From NCBI GenBank assembly GCA_035248345.1, contig DATFHO010000030.1:6116-70115 (forward strand): 64,000 nt of DNA, given 5' to 3'. The notes below the pieces were generated by a model that ran no database searches, was not told where the DNA came from, and was given only the letters and a program-made list of their open reading frames with translations. The first letter of the stretch is position 1, and every line of letters begins with the position of its first letter. Origin of the DNA: Candidatus Limnocylindrales bacterium (GTDB lineage Bacteria > Chloroflexota > Limnocylindria > Limnocylindrales > CSP1-4). Shown piece by piece: positions 17,069-26,083 of this stretch. Both the position numbers and the translations under genes were made by a program.

Positions 17069-17988
17069 CCAACGCCGGCGGGAGCATGAACCCGATCGTC
17101 GGGAAGGCCATCGTGGACGAACGCGATTCACGGCGTCGGGCGCACGGCAGGCCCGCCACGCAGGGGCCCGGCACGGGGACGAAGGTCTTCTCCTGGATCG
17201 TCTTCATCCTGGCGTTCCTGTACTTCTTCCTGCCGCTGTACGCGACGCTCGACTTCTCGTTCCGAGCGAAGCCCTCGCCGGCAGACGTCGCCAACGGGTC
17301 GAGTGCATTCGGGATCGCGTACGCCCACGTCCTCGCGGACCCGAAGTTCTTCGGCACGTTGCTCTACTCGTTCGCGATCGGCGCCATCACGATCGTGGTG
17401 AGCATCGCGATCATCGTGCCCACCGCGTACTGGGTCCGCCTGCGGCTGCCGTTCCTCCGGCCGATCGTCGAGATGCTGACGCTCACGCCGTTCATCATCC
17501 CGCCGGTCATCCTCGTGTTCGGGCTGCTGAAGTCATATGGCGGGCCACCGTTCCGGCTGACGAACACGGACCTCGGCAGCAGCGGACTGCTCGTCGCGGC
17601 CTACGTCGTGTTGTCGTTCCCGTACATGTACCGGGCGGTCGACGTGGGTCTGCGCTCGATCGACGTGCGCTCGCTCACCGAGGCCTCGCAGAGCCTCGGG
17701 TCCGGGCCATTCCGGACGCTGATCTCGATCATCCTGCCGAACCTCCGCGTCGCCCTCCTGAGCGGCGCGTTCCTCACGATGGCCATCGTGATCGGCGAAT
17801 ACACGATCGCCAACTTCCTCTTCCGGCCGGCGTTCGGCCCGTACCTCTCGCTCCTCGGCCAGAACCGCACCTACGAACCCGCCGCGGTCTCGGTGATCAG
17901 CTTCCTGCTCACCTGGCTCGCCATGGGCGTCATCGGCCTCATCGGCCGCGGCTCGCGCAATCGCGTGTCGCTCGCGGGCGCTCGCTGA
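17053..17988 (+). CDS. ABC transporter permease (second subunit)
   Basis: 6-TM profile with an EAA-like loop (RSLTEASQSLGSGPFRT). The start is ambiguous: GTG 17053, GTG 17065 (GTGA overlap with the upstream stop) or ATG 17086. Confidence 0.8.
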   Translation: MAQVVTNAGGSMNPIVGKAIVDERDSRRRAHGRPATQGPGTGTKVFSWIVFILAFLYFFLPLYATLDFSFRAKPSPADVANGSSAFGIAYAHVLADPKFFGTLLYSFAIGAITIVVSIAIIVPTAYWVRLRLPFLRPIVEMLTLTPFIIPPVILVFGLLKSYGGPPFRLTNTDLGSSGLLVAAYVVLSFPYMYRAVDVGLRSIDVRSLTEASQSLGSGPFRTLISIILPNLRVALLSGAFLTMAIVIGEYTIANFLFRPAFGPYLSLLGQNRTYEPAAVSVISFLLTWLAMGVIGLIGRGSRNRVSLAGAR

Positions 17989-18014
17989 CCACCTCGGACT
18001 GAAGGAAGGAACGC

Positions 18015-19139
18015 ATGAGCTTTCTCGAACTCGCCGGGGTCCAGAAGCGCTTCGGCAACGCGGTCGCGGTCGAGAACTTCGACCTCGCCATGGAGCAGGG
18101 CGAGTTCGTGTCCTTCCTCGGGCCATCCGGCTGCGGCAAGACCACGACCCTCCGGATGATCGCCGGCTTCGAGCAGCCGACCGCCGGCGTCATCACGATC
18201 AACGGCCAGGACATCACCTACGTGCCGCCGAACAAGCGGAACGTCGGCATGGTCTTCCAGTCGTACGCCCTGTTCCCCAACATGACCGTCGCCGACAACG
18301 TCGGCTTCGGCCTGCGCGTCCGCAAGGCGCCGAAGGAGCAGATCAGGAAGCGCGTCGGCGAGCTGCTCGAGATCGTGAACCTCGGCGACAAGGGCGGCCG
18401 GTATCCATACCAGCTCTCGGGCGGCCAGCAGCAGCGCGTCGCGCTCGCCCGCGCGCTGGCGTACGAGCCGCAGGTCCTCCTCCTCGACGAGCCGCTTTCC
18501 GCGCTCGACGCGAAGATCCGCGTGGCGCTCCGCCACGAGATCCGCTCGATCCAGCGCCAGCTCGGGATCACGACGGTGTACGTCACCCACGACCAGGAGG
18601 AGGCGCTCTCGCTCTCCGACCGCGTCGTGGTCATGAGCGAAGGCCGGATGGAGCAGGTCGGCACGCCGTTCGAGATCTACAACTTCCCGGCGACCGCGTT
18701 CGTGGCCTCGTTCGTCGGCACGCTCAACGTGCTCACGGGAACCGTGGTCGACGCGGCGAGCGGCGACCTCACGATTGCCGGCCAGCCGGTCAAGCTGCGG
18801 GGTGTCGGCGCCTTCGAAGGGAGCGTCGGTCGCGAGGTCAAGGTCGCGCTGCGGCCCGAGATGGTCTCGCTCGGCGCGGGCGACGTGGGCATGAACAGCC
18901 TCACGGGCAAGGTCACCGACGTGAGCTTCCTCGGCTCGATCGTCCGAATCCGCGTCGGGCTCGCGGGCAGGGACGGCGCGGACGGCCCGGTGGTGGTCCT
19001 CGACGAGTTCAACGAACCGACGCTCGAGCTGCCGAACCTCGGCGACACGGCGACGGTCAATTTCCCGATCGAAGGCCCACTTGTCCTCGACGCCAAGGCG
19101 CCGGTCGAGTCGCTCGAGGCGCTGATCGCCGAAGGGTGA
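18015..19139 (+). CDS. ABC transporter ATP-binding protein (PotA/MalK-like, with C-terminal TOBE-type domain)
   Basis: Walker A GPSGCGKTT, signature LSGGQQQRVALARAL and Walker B LLLDEPLSALD. Confidence 0.9.
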   Translation: MSFLELAGVQKRFGNAVAVENFDLAMEQGEFVSFLGPSGCGKTTTLRMIAGFEQPTAGVITINGQDITYVPPNKRNVGMVFQSYALFPNMTVADNVGFGLRVRKAPKEQIRKRVGELLEIVNLGDKGGRYPYQLSGGQQQRVALARALAYEPQVLLLDEPLSALDAKIRVALRHEIRSIQRQLGITTVYVTHDQEEALSLSDRVVVMSEGRMEQVGTPFEIYNFPATAFVASFVGTLNVLTGTVVDAASGDLTIAGQPVKLRGVGAFEGSVGREVKVALRPEMVSLGAGDVGMNSLTGKVTDVSFLGSIVRIRVGLAGRDGADGPVVVLDEFNEPTLELPNLGDTATVNFPIEGPLVLDAKAPVESLEALIAEG

Positions 19140-19861
19140 GCTCGGCCGCTTGCGATCTGCTTGCCGAAATCGACCTGCTCGTCTTCGACAAGGACGGCAC
19201 GCTGATCGAGTTCCACCTGATGTGGGGGAACTGGGTCGAGGAGCTGGCACGGCGCCTGGAGCGCGCATCGGGGCTGGAGCTGCGCGAGCGGCTGTACCCG
19301 CTGCTCGGCGTGGATCGCTCCACGGGCCTGGTGCATGCGCACGGCTTGCTCGCCGCGACGCCGATGTCGCGCATCCGCGACGTGGTCCAGGCGGATGTCG
19401 CCGAAGCGGGCGCCACCCAGGATGTCGCCGCCGCCGCGGTCGCGGCCGCCTGGCATGCCCCGGATCCCGTCGCGCTGGCCCATCCCGTCACTGACTTGCC
19501 CGCGCTCCTCGACACCCTGGGGGACCGGGTCGGCACGTTCGCCGTTGCCACGAGCGACGACCGCGATCCCACGGAGCGCACCCTCGCGGCGCTCGGGATC
19601 TCGGATCGGTTCGCGCAGCTCGTCTGCGCGGACGACGGCATCCGCACGAAGCCGTCGCCGGATCCCGTGCTCCACCTCTGCGAGCAGCTCGGCATCCCGC
19701 CGGATCGGACGGCCGTCGTCGGCGACTCGCCGGCGGACCTGCTGATGGGCCGCCAGGCCGGCGCGCGTCGATCGATTGCGGTGCTGACGGGCGTCGGCGA
19801 CCGTGCCAGCCTCGAGCCGTACGCGGACGCCGTCGTCGCTTCGATCGCGGAGCTCGCGTAG
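19136..19861 (+). CDS. HAD-superfamily hydrolase (subfamily IA-like)
   Basis: GTGA overlap with the ATPase stop. Motifs: DLLVFDKDGTL (motif I), ATSDD, KPSPDP and VGDSPADL. Confidence 0.8.
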   Translation: MSSAACDLLAEIDLLVFDKDGTLIEFHLMWGNWVEELARRLERASGLELRERLYPLLGVDRSTGLVHAHGLLAATPMSRIRDVVQADVAEAGATQDVAAAAVAAAWHAPDPVALAHPVTDLPALLDTLGDRVGTFAVATSDDRDPTERTLAALGISDRFAQLVCADDGIRTKPSPDPVLHLCEQLGIPPDRTAVVGDSPADLLMGRQAGARRSIAVLTGVGDRASLEPYADAVVASIAELA

Positions 19862-19984
19862 TACTCCCTTCCTATCGTTGGCGACCGAACCAGACCGTAC
19901 GGTTCCGATCACGTGGGGTGCACGACCGCACCGCACGACATCGGCCGGGTGTGGACTCGGCCAAAGGGAGCTTCGCCGAGCCCC

Positions 19985-22900
19985 ATGGCACTCGCAGCGC
20001 GGCCGCGGACGGCCGCCAAGGTGGTCAGCCTGCAGCAGCCGCACGCCCGGCACGGCTCGACCAAGCCCGCGACCGCGCGCGCCGTCGGCAGGACCGGCGC
20101 CGACGCCCTGCGCCGCCTCGCCTCCGAGCTCTCCGGCTCCGACGCGCTCCAGCCGGTCCTCGAAGAGGTCCTCGACAACTCCGAGCGGCTCTTCCACTCC
20201 GATCGCGCCGGGCTGTGGCTCTGGCACGACGCCCGCGAGCACCCGCTCGAACTCGTCGCGCGCCGCGACTTCCCCGATGAGATCGAGCGGCGCGTTGCGG
20301 CGGCCACCCGCGACTCGAACCTCGCGGGATTCGAGGCGGTGCGCACCGCACGGGTGCTCGTCTTCGACGCGAAGGATCCGACCCTCACGGCGGAGATGCG
20401 CGCGCTCTACGCGGCGAACGGGATCGCGTCGCTCTGCTTCGTGCCGGCCACGTTCCGCGGCGAGCCCGTGGCCCTGCTGGTGCTCTACCACCGGACGCCG
20501 TACGACTGGTCGGCCGACGAGACGGCGCTCGCGGGCAGCTTCGGCGACACGATCGCGACGGCCATCGGCAATGCGCGGCTCATGGCCTCCGTCGAGGACC
20601 TCGCCGGCCGCCTGCGCGCGATCCAGGACCTGTCCGCCCGGCTGAGCGGTATCCAGGACGTCCGCGGCATCGGCGAGACGATCGTCGCAGAGGCCCACAA
20701 CCTCATCGAGTTCGACACGCTCCGCGTGTACAAGGTCGAGCACGAGTCCGGCTGGTGCGAGCCGATTGCGTTCGAAGGCATCTTCATGGGCCGCAGCGAT
20801 CCGGATCCGGAGATGCTCCGCGTTCGGGTCGGCGAGGGCCTGACGGGCTGGGTCGCCGAGCACGGCGCCACGATCGTCCTCGGCGACGCGCACACGGATC
20901 CGCGCAGCCTCGTCGTCGGCGAGACGAACGGCCCGGAATCGATGCTCGTCGTCCCGATGACGCACGAGGAGCACGTCCACGGGGTCGTCGTCGTGTCCCG
21001 CCTGGGCCGCGACCGATTCGGACCGAGCGACGAGCTGACGATGAGCATCTTCGCCGGCGCGGCGGCACAGGCGCTCGTGAACGCGGAGCGGCTCGACCAG
21101 CTTCGGCTGCAGCAGGAGGAGCTGGAGCACCAGCTCGTCAGCCAGCGCCGCCTCATGGCCGTCAACGAGCGACTGCTGTCGACACTCGATCCGACCGGCG
21201 TCCTCGAGATGATCGCCGACTCCCTGAAGACGGTGGTGACGTACGACTCGCTGACCATCTACCGCATCGACCGCGCCCGGAACGTGCGCCGCCCGCTGAT
21301 CGCCCGCGACCGGTTCGCCGAGCTCATCCTCGGCTACGACGCGCCCCTCGGCACGGGCCTGACCGGCTGGGCCGTGGACCACCGCGAGGCCGTGCTCGCC
21401 AACGACGCGCACATGGACCCGCGCTCGATCCAGATCCCGGGCACCCCGTTCGAGCCGGAATCGATGGTCATCGTCCCGCTGATGGCGGAAGGTGAGGTCC
21501 TTGGCACGCTGAACATCGGCCGGATGGGCGGCGACGAGGCGCACTACGGCCAGAACGAGTTCGAGCTGACGAAGCTCTTCGCGGCCCAGGCAGCGATCGC
21601 GCTCCGCAACGCCGAGGCGCACGACGAGGTCAAGGTCCAGGCCGAGCGCGATGCGCTCACGGGCCTGCGCAACCACGGCGCGTTCCAGCGTGAGCTCCAG
21701 GCGGCGCTCGGCGCGATCAACGTCCACTCCGTCGCGGTCCTGATGATGGATCTCGACCGATTCAAGGGCTACAACGACCGCAGCGGCCATCCCGCAGGCG
21801 ACGACCTGCTGGTCGCGGTGAGCCGCGCGATCGAGTCGTGCATCCGGCAGGGCGATCGTGCCTACCGCTACGGCGGCGACGAGTTCGCGGTGATCCTGCC
21901 CGAGGTCGGCCGGCAGGCCGCCGAGGAGGTCGCGCGCCGGATCCGGGCCGCCATCGAGGCGATCCCCGACGACTCCGGCGGCCCCCACGTCACGATGAGC
22001 ATCGGCATCGCCTGCTATCCGGAGGACGGCGACGACAAGGACACGCTCGTCGAGACAGCGGACCAGGCGCTGTTCGTGGCGAAGGGCGCGCCGTTCCGGA
22101 ACTCGAGGGACCAGTTCGTCGCCGCGCTGGACGAGACGGCGATGGGCCTCCTCGACGGGCTCGGGGCCGAGGAGCTCCTCGACTCCATCCTCATGCGCGC
22201 GGCGCGCCTGCTCGGCGTCCGGGATGGCTACGTGTACCTCGGCGAGCCCGGGGCCAGCCACATCACCGTGGCCGCCGGCATCGGTACGACTGCCGGCGAC
22301 GTCGGGTTCCAGTCGCCGGTCACGCAGGGCGTCGGCGGCCGGGTCTTCACGACCGGTGAGCCCGTCGTCATCGACGACTACGACGCGTACCCGGGTGCGC
22401 TGCCCGAGTACCTCGGCAAGGTCGGCGCCGTGGTCGGGGTGCCGCTGCGCGTCGGTGGGCACGTGGTCGGCGCGCTCGGCCTCTCGTCCGGCACGAGCAA
22501 GCGCGTGTTCCGGCAGGCCGAGGTCGACGCGCTCCTGCGCTTCGCCCAGCTCGCATCGATCGCGCTCGAGAACGCGCGGCTCCAGGAGCAGGCGCTCTCA
22601 CCGCGGGATCCGGTCACGGGCCTCCCGACTCGCGAGACGCTGATCCAGCGGGTCGTCGACGAGCTCTCGGCGCCGCCGATGGGCGTCGCGCCGCAGCCGG
22701 TCGCGGTGGTGCTGCTCGATGTCGACCGCTTCGAGATCGTCAACGAGAGCCTCGGGCACGCGGCCGGCGACCGCGTGCTGCGCGAGGTCGGGCACCGGCT
22801 CCAGGCGTGCTTGAGCGCCAGCGATACGGTCGCCCGCTTCGGCGGCGACACGTTCGCGGTGCTCCTGCCCGGCCGCGACACGGATGCCGCGCTCGCGTTC

Positions 22901-24073
22901 GCGGAGCAGGTCCAGCTCCAGCTGAAGCCTCCCTTCGATGTCGACGGCCGCACCTGGTTCATCAGCGCGAGCATGGGCGTGTCGGTCGGGATGCCCGGCA
23001 ACACCGGCGGCGGCGACGTGCTCCAGGAAGCAGAGATCGCCCTCGTGGGCGCGAAGCGGAGCCCCGCAACTCGCGTCGCGCTGTACGACCCGCTCAGCTC
23101 GCGCGGCGCCCTGCAGCGCCTCGACGTCGAGGCGGAGCTGTGGAGCGCACTCGAGCGCGACGAGCTGGCCGTCCACTACCAGCCGATCCTCGACTTGCGC
23201 AGCTCGCGGGTGGTCGGGTTCGAAGCACTTGCGCGCTGGCAACACCCGTCGCGCGGCCTCGTGCTCCCGGTCGACTTCATCGCCCTCGCCGAGGAATCCG
23301 AGCTGATCGTCGCCCTCGGCCGGGTCATCCTCGAGAAGGCGTGCCGCCAGGCCACGGCGTGGCGCAAGCGCTGGCCGACCGAGAACCTCGTGATGAGCGT
23401 CAACCTCTCGCCCCGGCAGTTCCTCGATCCGGATCTCGCGAACGGGATCTCGCAGGTTCTGCGCGCCACCGGCCTCGAGCCGTGCGCGCTCGAGCTGGAG
23501 ATCACCGAGTCCAGCGTCATGGACCGCTCCGAAGCCAGCCTCGCGGTCCTCGAGCAGCTGCGGGCGCTGGGCGTCCGGGTCGTCCTTGACGACTTCGGGA
23601 CCGGCTACTCCTCGCTCGCGTACCTGCGCCAGCTGCCGCTGGACACGATCAAGGTCGACCGCTCGTTCGTCACCGACCTCGACGTCCAGGATCCGAACGT
23701 CGGCATCGTGCGCGCGGTCGTGTCACTCGCCCACGGGCTCGGCATCACGGTCGTCGCCGAGGGCATCGAGACCGAGGAGCAGGCGAAGCGCCTGCGCGAC
23801 CTCGGCTGCGACATGGGCCAGGGCTATGCGTGGGCGCATCCCGCGCCGCCCGTCCAGGTCGCGACGTTCATGGCTCGCAGGGTCGAGGGCGCGAGGACGC
23901 AGCTCGCAGCTGCACCCGCAGCAGCGCAGGATCCGGCGTGCGAAGGGCTTCCGGCCCTGATGGCCGCGACAGGTGCGGCCGGGAGTGTTCGGCGCCCCCG
24001 CTCCGAGCGAGGGCGCCCCGCAATCAGCGGCGCCCGCTCCCGAAGATCCGCAGGAGGAACAGGAACAGGTTGA
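19985..24073 (+). CDS. Multidomain c-di-GMP signalling protein: GAF-GAF-GAF-GGDEF-GAF-GGDEF(degenerate)-EAL (1362 aa)
   Basis: The first GGDEF is intact, with an I-site (RQGDRAYRYGGDEFAV). The second reads ARFGGDTFAV. The EAL domain is intact (VGFEALARW, ELEITES, DDFGTGYSSL, IKVDRSF, EGIETEEQ). The last 50 nt overlap the convergent BI-1 gene. The start is uncertain. Confidence 0.85.
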   Translation: MALAARPRTAAKVVSLQQPHARHGSTKPATARAVGRTGADALRRLASELSGSDALQPVLEEVLDNSERLFHSDRAGLWLWHDAREHPLELVARRDFPDEIERRVAAATRDSNLAGFEAVRTARVLVFDAKDPTLTAEMRALYAANGIASLCFVPATFRGEPVALLVLYHRTPYDWSADETALAGSFGDTIATAIGNARLMASVEDLAGRLRAIQDLSARLSGIQDVRGIGETIVAEAHNLIEFDTLRVYKVEHESGWCEPIAFEGIFMGRSDPDPEMLRVRVGEGLTGWVAEHGATIVLGDAHTDPRSLVVGETNGPESMLVVPMTHEEHVHGVVVVSRLGRDRFGPSDELTMSIFAGAAAQALVNAERLDQLRLQQEELEHQLVSQRRLMAVNERLLSTLDPTGVLEMIADSLKTVVTYDSLTIYRIDRARNVRRPLIARDRFAELILGYDAPLGTGLTGWAVDHREAVLANDAHMDPRSIQIPGTPFEPESMVIVPLMAEGEVLGTLNIGRMGGDEAHYGQNEFELTKLFAAQAAIALRNAEAHDEVKVQAERDALTGLRNHGAFQRELQAALGAINVHSVAVLMMDLDRFKGYNDRSGHPAGDDLLVAVSRAIESCIRQGDRAYRYGGDEFAVILPEVGRQAAEEVARRIRAAIEAIPDDSGGPHVTMSIGIACYPEDGDDKDTLVETADQALFVAKGAPFRNSRDQFVAALDETAMGLLDGLGAEELLDSILMRAARLLGVRDGYVYLGEPGASHITVAAGIGTTAGDVGFQSPVTQGVGGRVFTTGEPVVIDDYDAYPGALPEYLGKVGAVVGVPLRVGGHVVGALGLSSGTSKRVFRQAEVDALLRFAQLASIALENARLQEQALSPRDPVTGLPTRETLIQRVVDELSAPPMGVAPQPVAVVLLDVDRFEIVNESLGHAAGDRVLREVGHRLQACLSASDTVARFGGDTFAVLLPGRDTDAALAFAEQVQLQLKPPFDVDGRTWFISASMGVSVGMPGNTGGGDVLQEAEIALVGAKRSPATRVALYDPLSSRGALQRLDVEAELWSALERDELAVHYQPILDLRSSRVVGFEALARWQHPSRGLVLPVDFIALAEESELIVALGRVILEKACRQATAWRKRWPTENLVMSVNLSPRQFLDPDLANGISQVLRATGLEPCALELEITESSVMDRSEASLAVLEQLRALGVRVVLDDFGTGYSSLAYLRQLPLDTIKVDRSFVTDLDVQDPNVGIVRAVVSLAHGLGITVVAEGIETEEQAKRLRDLGCDMGQGYAWAHPAPPVQVATFMARRVEGARTQLAAAPAAAQDPACEGLPALMAATGAAGSVRRPRSERGRPAISGARSRRSAGGTGTG

Positions 24074-24758
24074 TGAAGTCGAGGTAGAGATGCAGCGCGC
24101 CCATGACGGCCGCCTTCTCCACCGAGCCCGTCGCCTGCACCAGGTTCCCCGCCGAGATCCGCTGGACATCGAACGCGGTCAGCGCCGTGAAGATCACGAC
24201 ACCGACGATCGCGATGATGAACCCGAGCGGGCCGCTGCCCAGGAAGATGTTCACGCCGATCGCGACGATCAGGCCGAACAGGCCCATCGACAGGAAGCCG
24301 CCCATGCCCGCGAGCGAGCGCTTGGTGGTGTACCCGTAGATCGCCGCGCCGCCGAACATCGCGCTCGACGACAGGAAGGCCGCGACGACCGATTCGCTCG
24401 TGTAGAAGCTGACGATCAGGCCGACCGTGAGCCCGAGGCTCGCCGCGTAGACGAAGAACAGCCCCAGGGCGAGCGTGGCGCTGACGCGCGGGATCGCCCA
24501 CTGGATGCCGATCACGAGCGCCAGCTGGCCGAGGAACAGGATCAGGATGTTGCGCGCTGCGAAGAGCAGGAGCGAGTCGTTGGCCTGGACGAACGCCGCG
24601 ATCGCGGCCGTCACGAGGAGGCCCGCGAACATCCAGAAGAAGGCCTGGGTGAGGAATGCCGTCTGGACGGCCGGCTGCGCCTGGCCGTTGATGATGACGC
24701 CGCGGTTGTCGCCGGGCTGTCCGTACCCGGAGCCGCCGGGGACGTTCTGGAAGCTCAC
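24024..24758 (-). CDS. Bax inhibitor-1/YccA family membrane protein
   Basis: 7-TM protein of 244 aa with characteristic segments AFLTQAFFWMFAGLL and ...ALHLYLDFINLFLFLLRIFG. Confidence 0.85.
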   Translation of the reverse strand: MSFQNVPGGSGYGQPGDNRGVIINGQAQPAVQTAFLTQAFFWMFAGLLVTAAIAAFVQANDSLLLFAARNILILFLGQLALVIGIQWAIPRVSATLALGLFFVYAASLGLTVGLIVSFYTSESVVAAFLSSSAMFGGAAIYGYTTKRSLAGMGGFLSMGLFGLIVAIGVNIFLGSGPLGFIIAIVGVVIFTALTAFDVQRISAGNLVQATGSVEKAAVMGALHLYLDFINLFLFLLRIFGSGRR

Positions 24759-25402
24759 GTTCTGTTCTCCCTTCGAGCGGTCGATCCCGGTTTTCGCGCC
24801 GGGGTCGAGTCACGTGATTCTGCACGTTCGGCCGCGCGTGCCAAGACCCACACGAGGTCGGCAAGGCGGTTGAGGTAGGGAATGAGGTTGGGGCCGGGCA
24901 CGAGGCCCTCCCGGCTCAGGGCCACGGCGCGGCGTTCCGCGCGGCGCAGGATGGTTCGGGCCAGCTCGAGCGCGGCGCTCGTCGGGGTCTCGCCGGGGAC
25001 CACGAATTCCTTCGGCATCTCGATGTGGGCCTCGAGCTCGACCAGGGTCGCCTCGACGCCCTTGACCATCGCTTCGGACACGCGGGTCACGCCGTCGTGC
25101 AGTCGATCCCAGGCGTCCGGGTTCGTCGCGAGCTCCGCGCCGACCACGAACAGCTCGCGCTGGAATCGCAGGATGAGCGGCGCCAGGCCGCCGAGACCCG
25201 CCGGCAGCGTGCCGTGGCCGCGCTTGATCCCGAGGTTCGCGCGCGCGATGCCGAGCGCGGCGATGGCTTCGTCGATCGTGCCGTAGGCCTCGGTGCGCGG
25301 GTCATCCTTGCCGATGCGCGCGCCGCCGTAGAGGAGTCCGGTGGTGCCGTCGTCGCCCTTCGTGGTTGCGACCACGGAGTCGATCGGGCTGCGAGTGCTC
25401 AT
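24755..25402 (-). CDS. PduO-type ATP:cob(I)alamin adenosyltransferase
   Basis: TKGDDGTTGLLYGGARIGKDDPRTEAYGTIDEAIAALG matches the PduO/MMAB N-terminal signature. 4-nt overlap with the downstream gene. Confidence 0.85.
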   Translation of the reverse strand: MSTRSPIDSVVATTKGDDGTTGLLYGGARIGKDDPRTEAYGTIDEAIAALGIARANLGIKRGHGTLPAGLGGLAPLILRFQRELFVVGAELATNPDAWDRLHDGVTRVSEAMVKGVEATLVELEAHIEMPKEFVVPGETPTSAALELARTILRRAERRAVALSREGLVPGPNLIPYLNRLADLVWVLARAAERAESRDSTPARKPGSTARRENRT

Positions 25403-25429
25403 GTCAGCCTGCCGTTCGCGCTCCCGCGA

Positions 25430-25828
25430 TCACCACATGAGACCCGCGTCACGCGGGTCCCAGCGCTCGGCGAGCAGCGTGACCTTGACGGGGTGCTCGA
25501 CCACCGACTCGGCCTGCTCCTGCACCTGGGCGATCATCGAGCCGGCGTACGGGCAGAACGGGGTCGTGAGGATCATCTTGATCTCGGTCTCGTTCTGGCC
25601 GAGCAGGATCTGCTTGATCAGCGCGAGCTCCACGACGTTCATGCCGATCTCGGGATCGACGACGGCGCGCAGCGCATCGAGGATCGCGAGCTCCGTCGCG
25701 CGGCGCTCCGCATCGAAGAGCGGCGCGGTCGGCGCGGCGCTCTCGGCGCTCTCGGTCGCCTCGGCGGCCTGGGGGGTCTCGGTGGGCGCGGTGGTCTCGA
25801 CGATGTCGGTCACGCGCTCAGGGTACAT
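25430..25828 (-). CDS. DUF59 / SufT-like Fe-S assembly protein (132 aa)
   Basis: VVDPEIGMNVVELALIKQI...TTPFCPYAGSMI is the DUF59 (MIP18/PaaD-like) core. The start is taken at MYPERV; a GTG a few codons downstream is possible. Confidence 0.7.
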   Translation of the reverse strand: MYPERVTDIVETTAPTETPQAAEATESAESAAPTAPLFDAERRATELAILDALRAVVDPEIGMNVVELALIKQILLGQNETEIKMILTTPFCPYAGSMIAQVQEQAESVVEHPVKVTLLAERWDPRDAGLMW

Positions 25829-25906
25829 CAGGTCGCCTGGAAACCCCAGCGCCGAAGTCGGGATTAGCCTCGGCGCGCCGCGCACCGGGCCGCCTGCTCG
25901 CGACGG

Positions 25907-26057
25907 CTTCGTATGACCGAAATCCGGCGTTGTCTTGACGCTGACCCGGCCCATGACCGTCGACGTCATATGGGCACATGCCACGGCCTTCGTATGACGC
26001 CGACGGTCATCACCTCCGGCAACCGGATCCCAGGCCCGGAATTGGGTCATACGAAGG
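25907..26057. repeat. Three copies of CTTCGTATGAC (two direct at 25907-25917 and 25988-25998, one inverted at 26046-26056) plus two ATGAC-N7-GTCAT units
   Basis: Read directly from the sequence. Copies B and C share the 12-mer CCTTCGTATGAC (25987-25998 / rc of 26046-26057). ATGAC-N7-GTCAT occurs at 25953-25969 and 25994-26010. Confidence 0.85.
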
Positions 26058-26083
26058 GCGTCGCGCACGGGCGCCACCACCCG

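Noticed and set aside
18677-22462. Very long antisense or alternate-frame ORFs (also 120..1361, 6088..8643, 11183..13453, 41420..42724, 45122..47191 and 57561..59483, among many others)
   Set aside because: Their translations are dominated by R/A/G/P/D runs with no recognisable domains. Each lies opposite or out of frame to a gene with clear family motifs. Stop-poor off-frames like these are expected at this G+C content.
25829-26083. Cobalamin riboswitch upstream of the operon that contains the PduO-type adenosyltransferase
   Set aside because: I could not find a B12-box-like element or the conserved cobalamin-riboswitch core. The region is kept as an unclassified repeat/structure finding instead.
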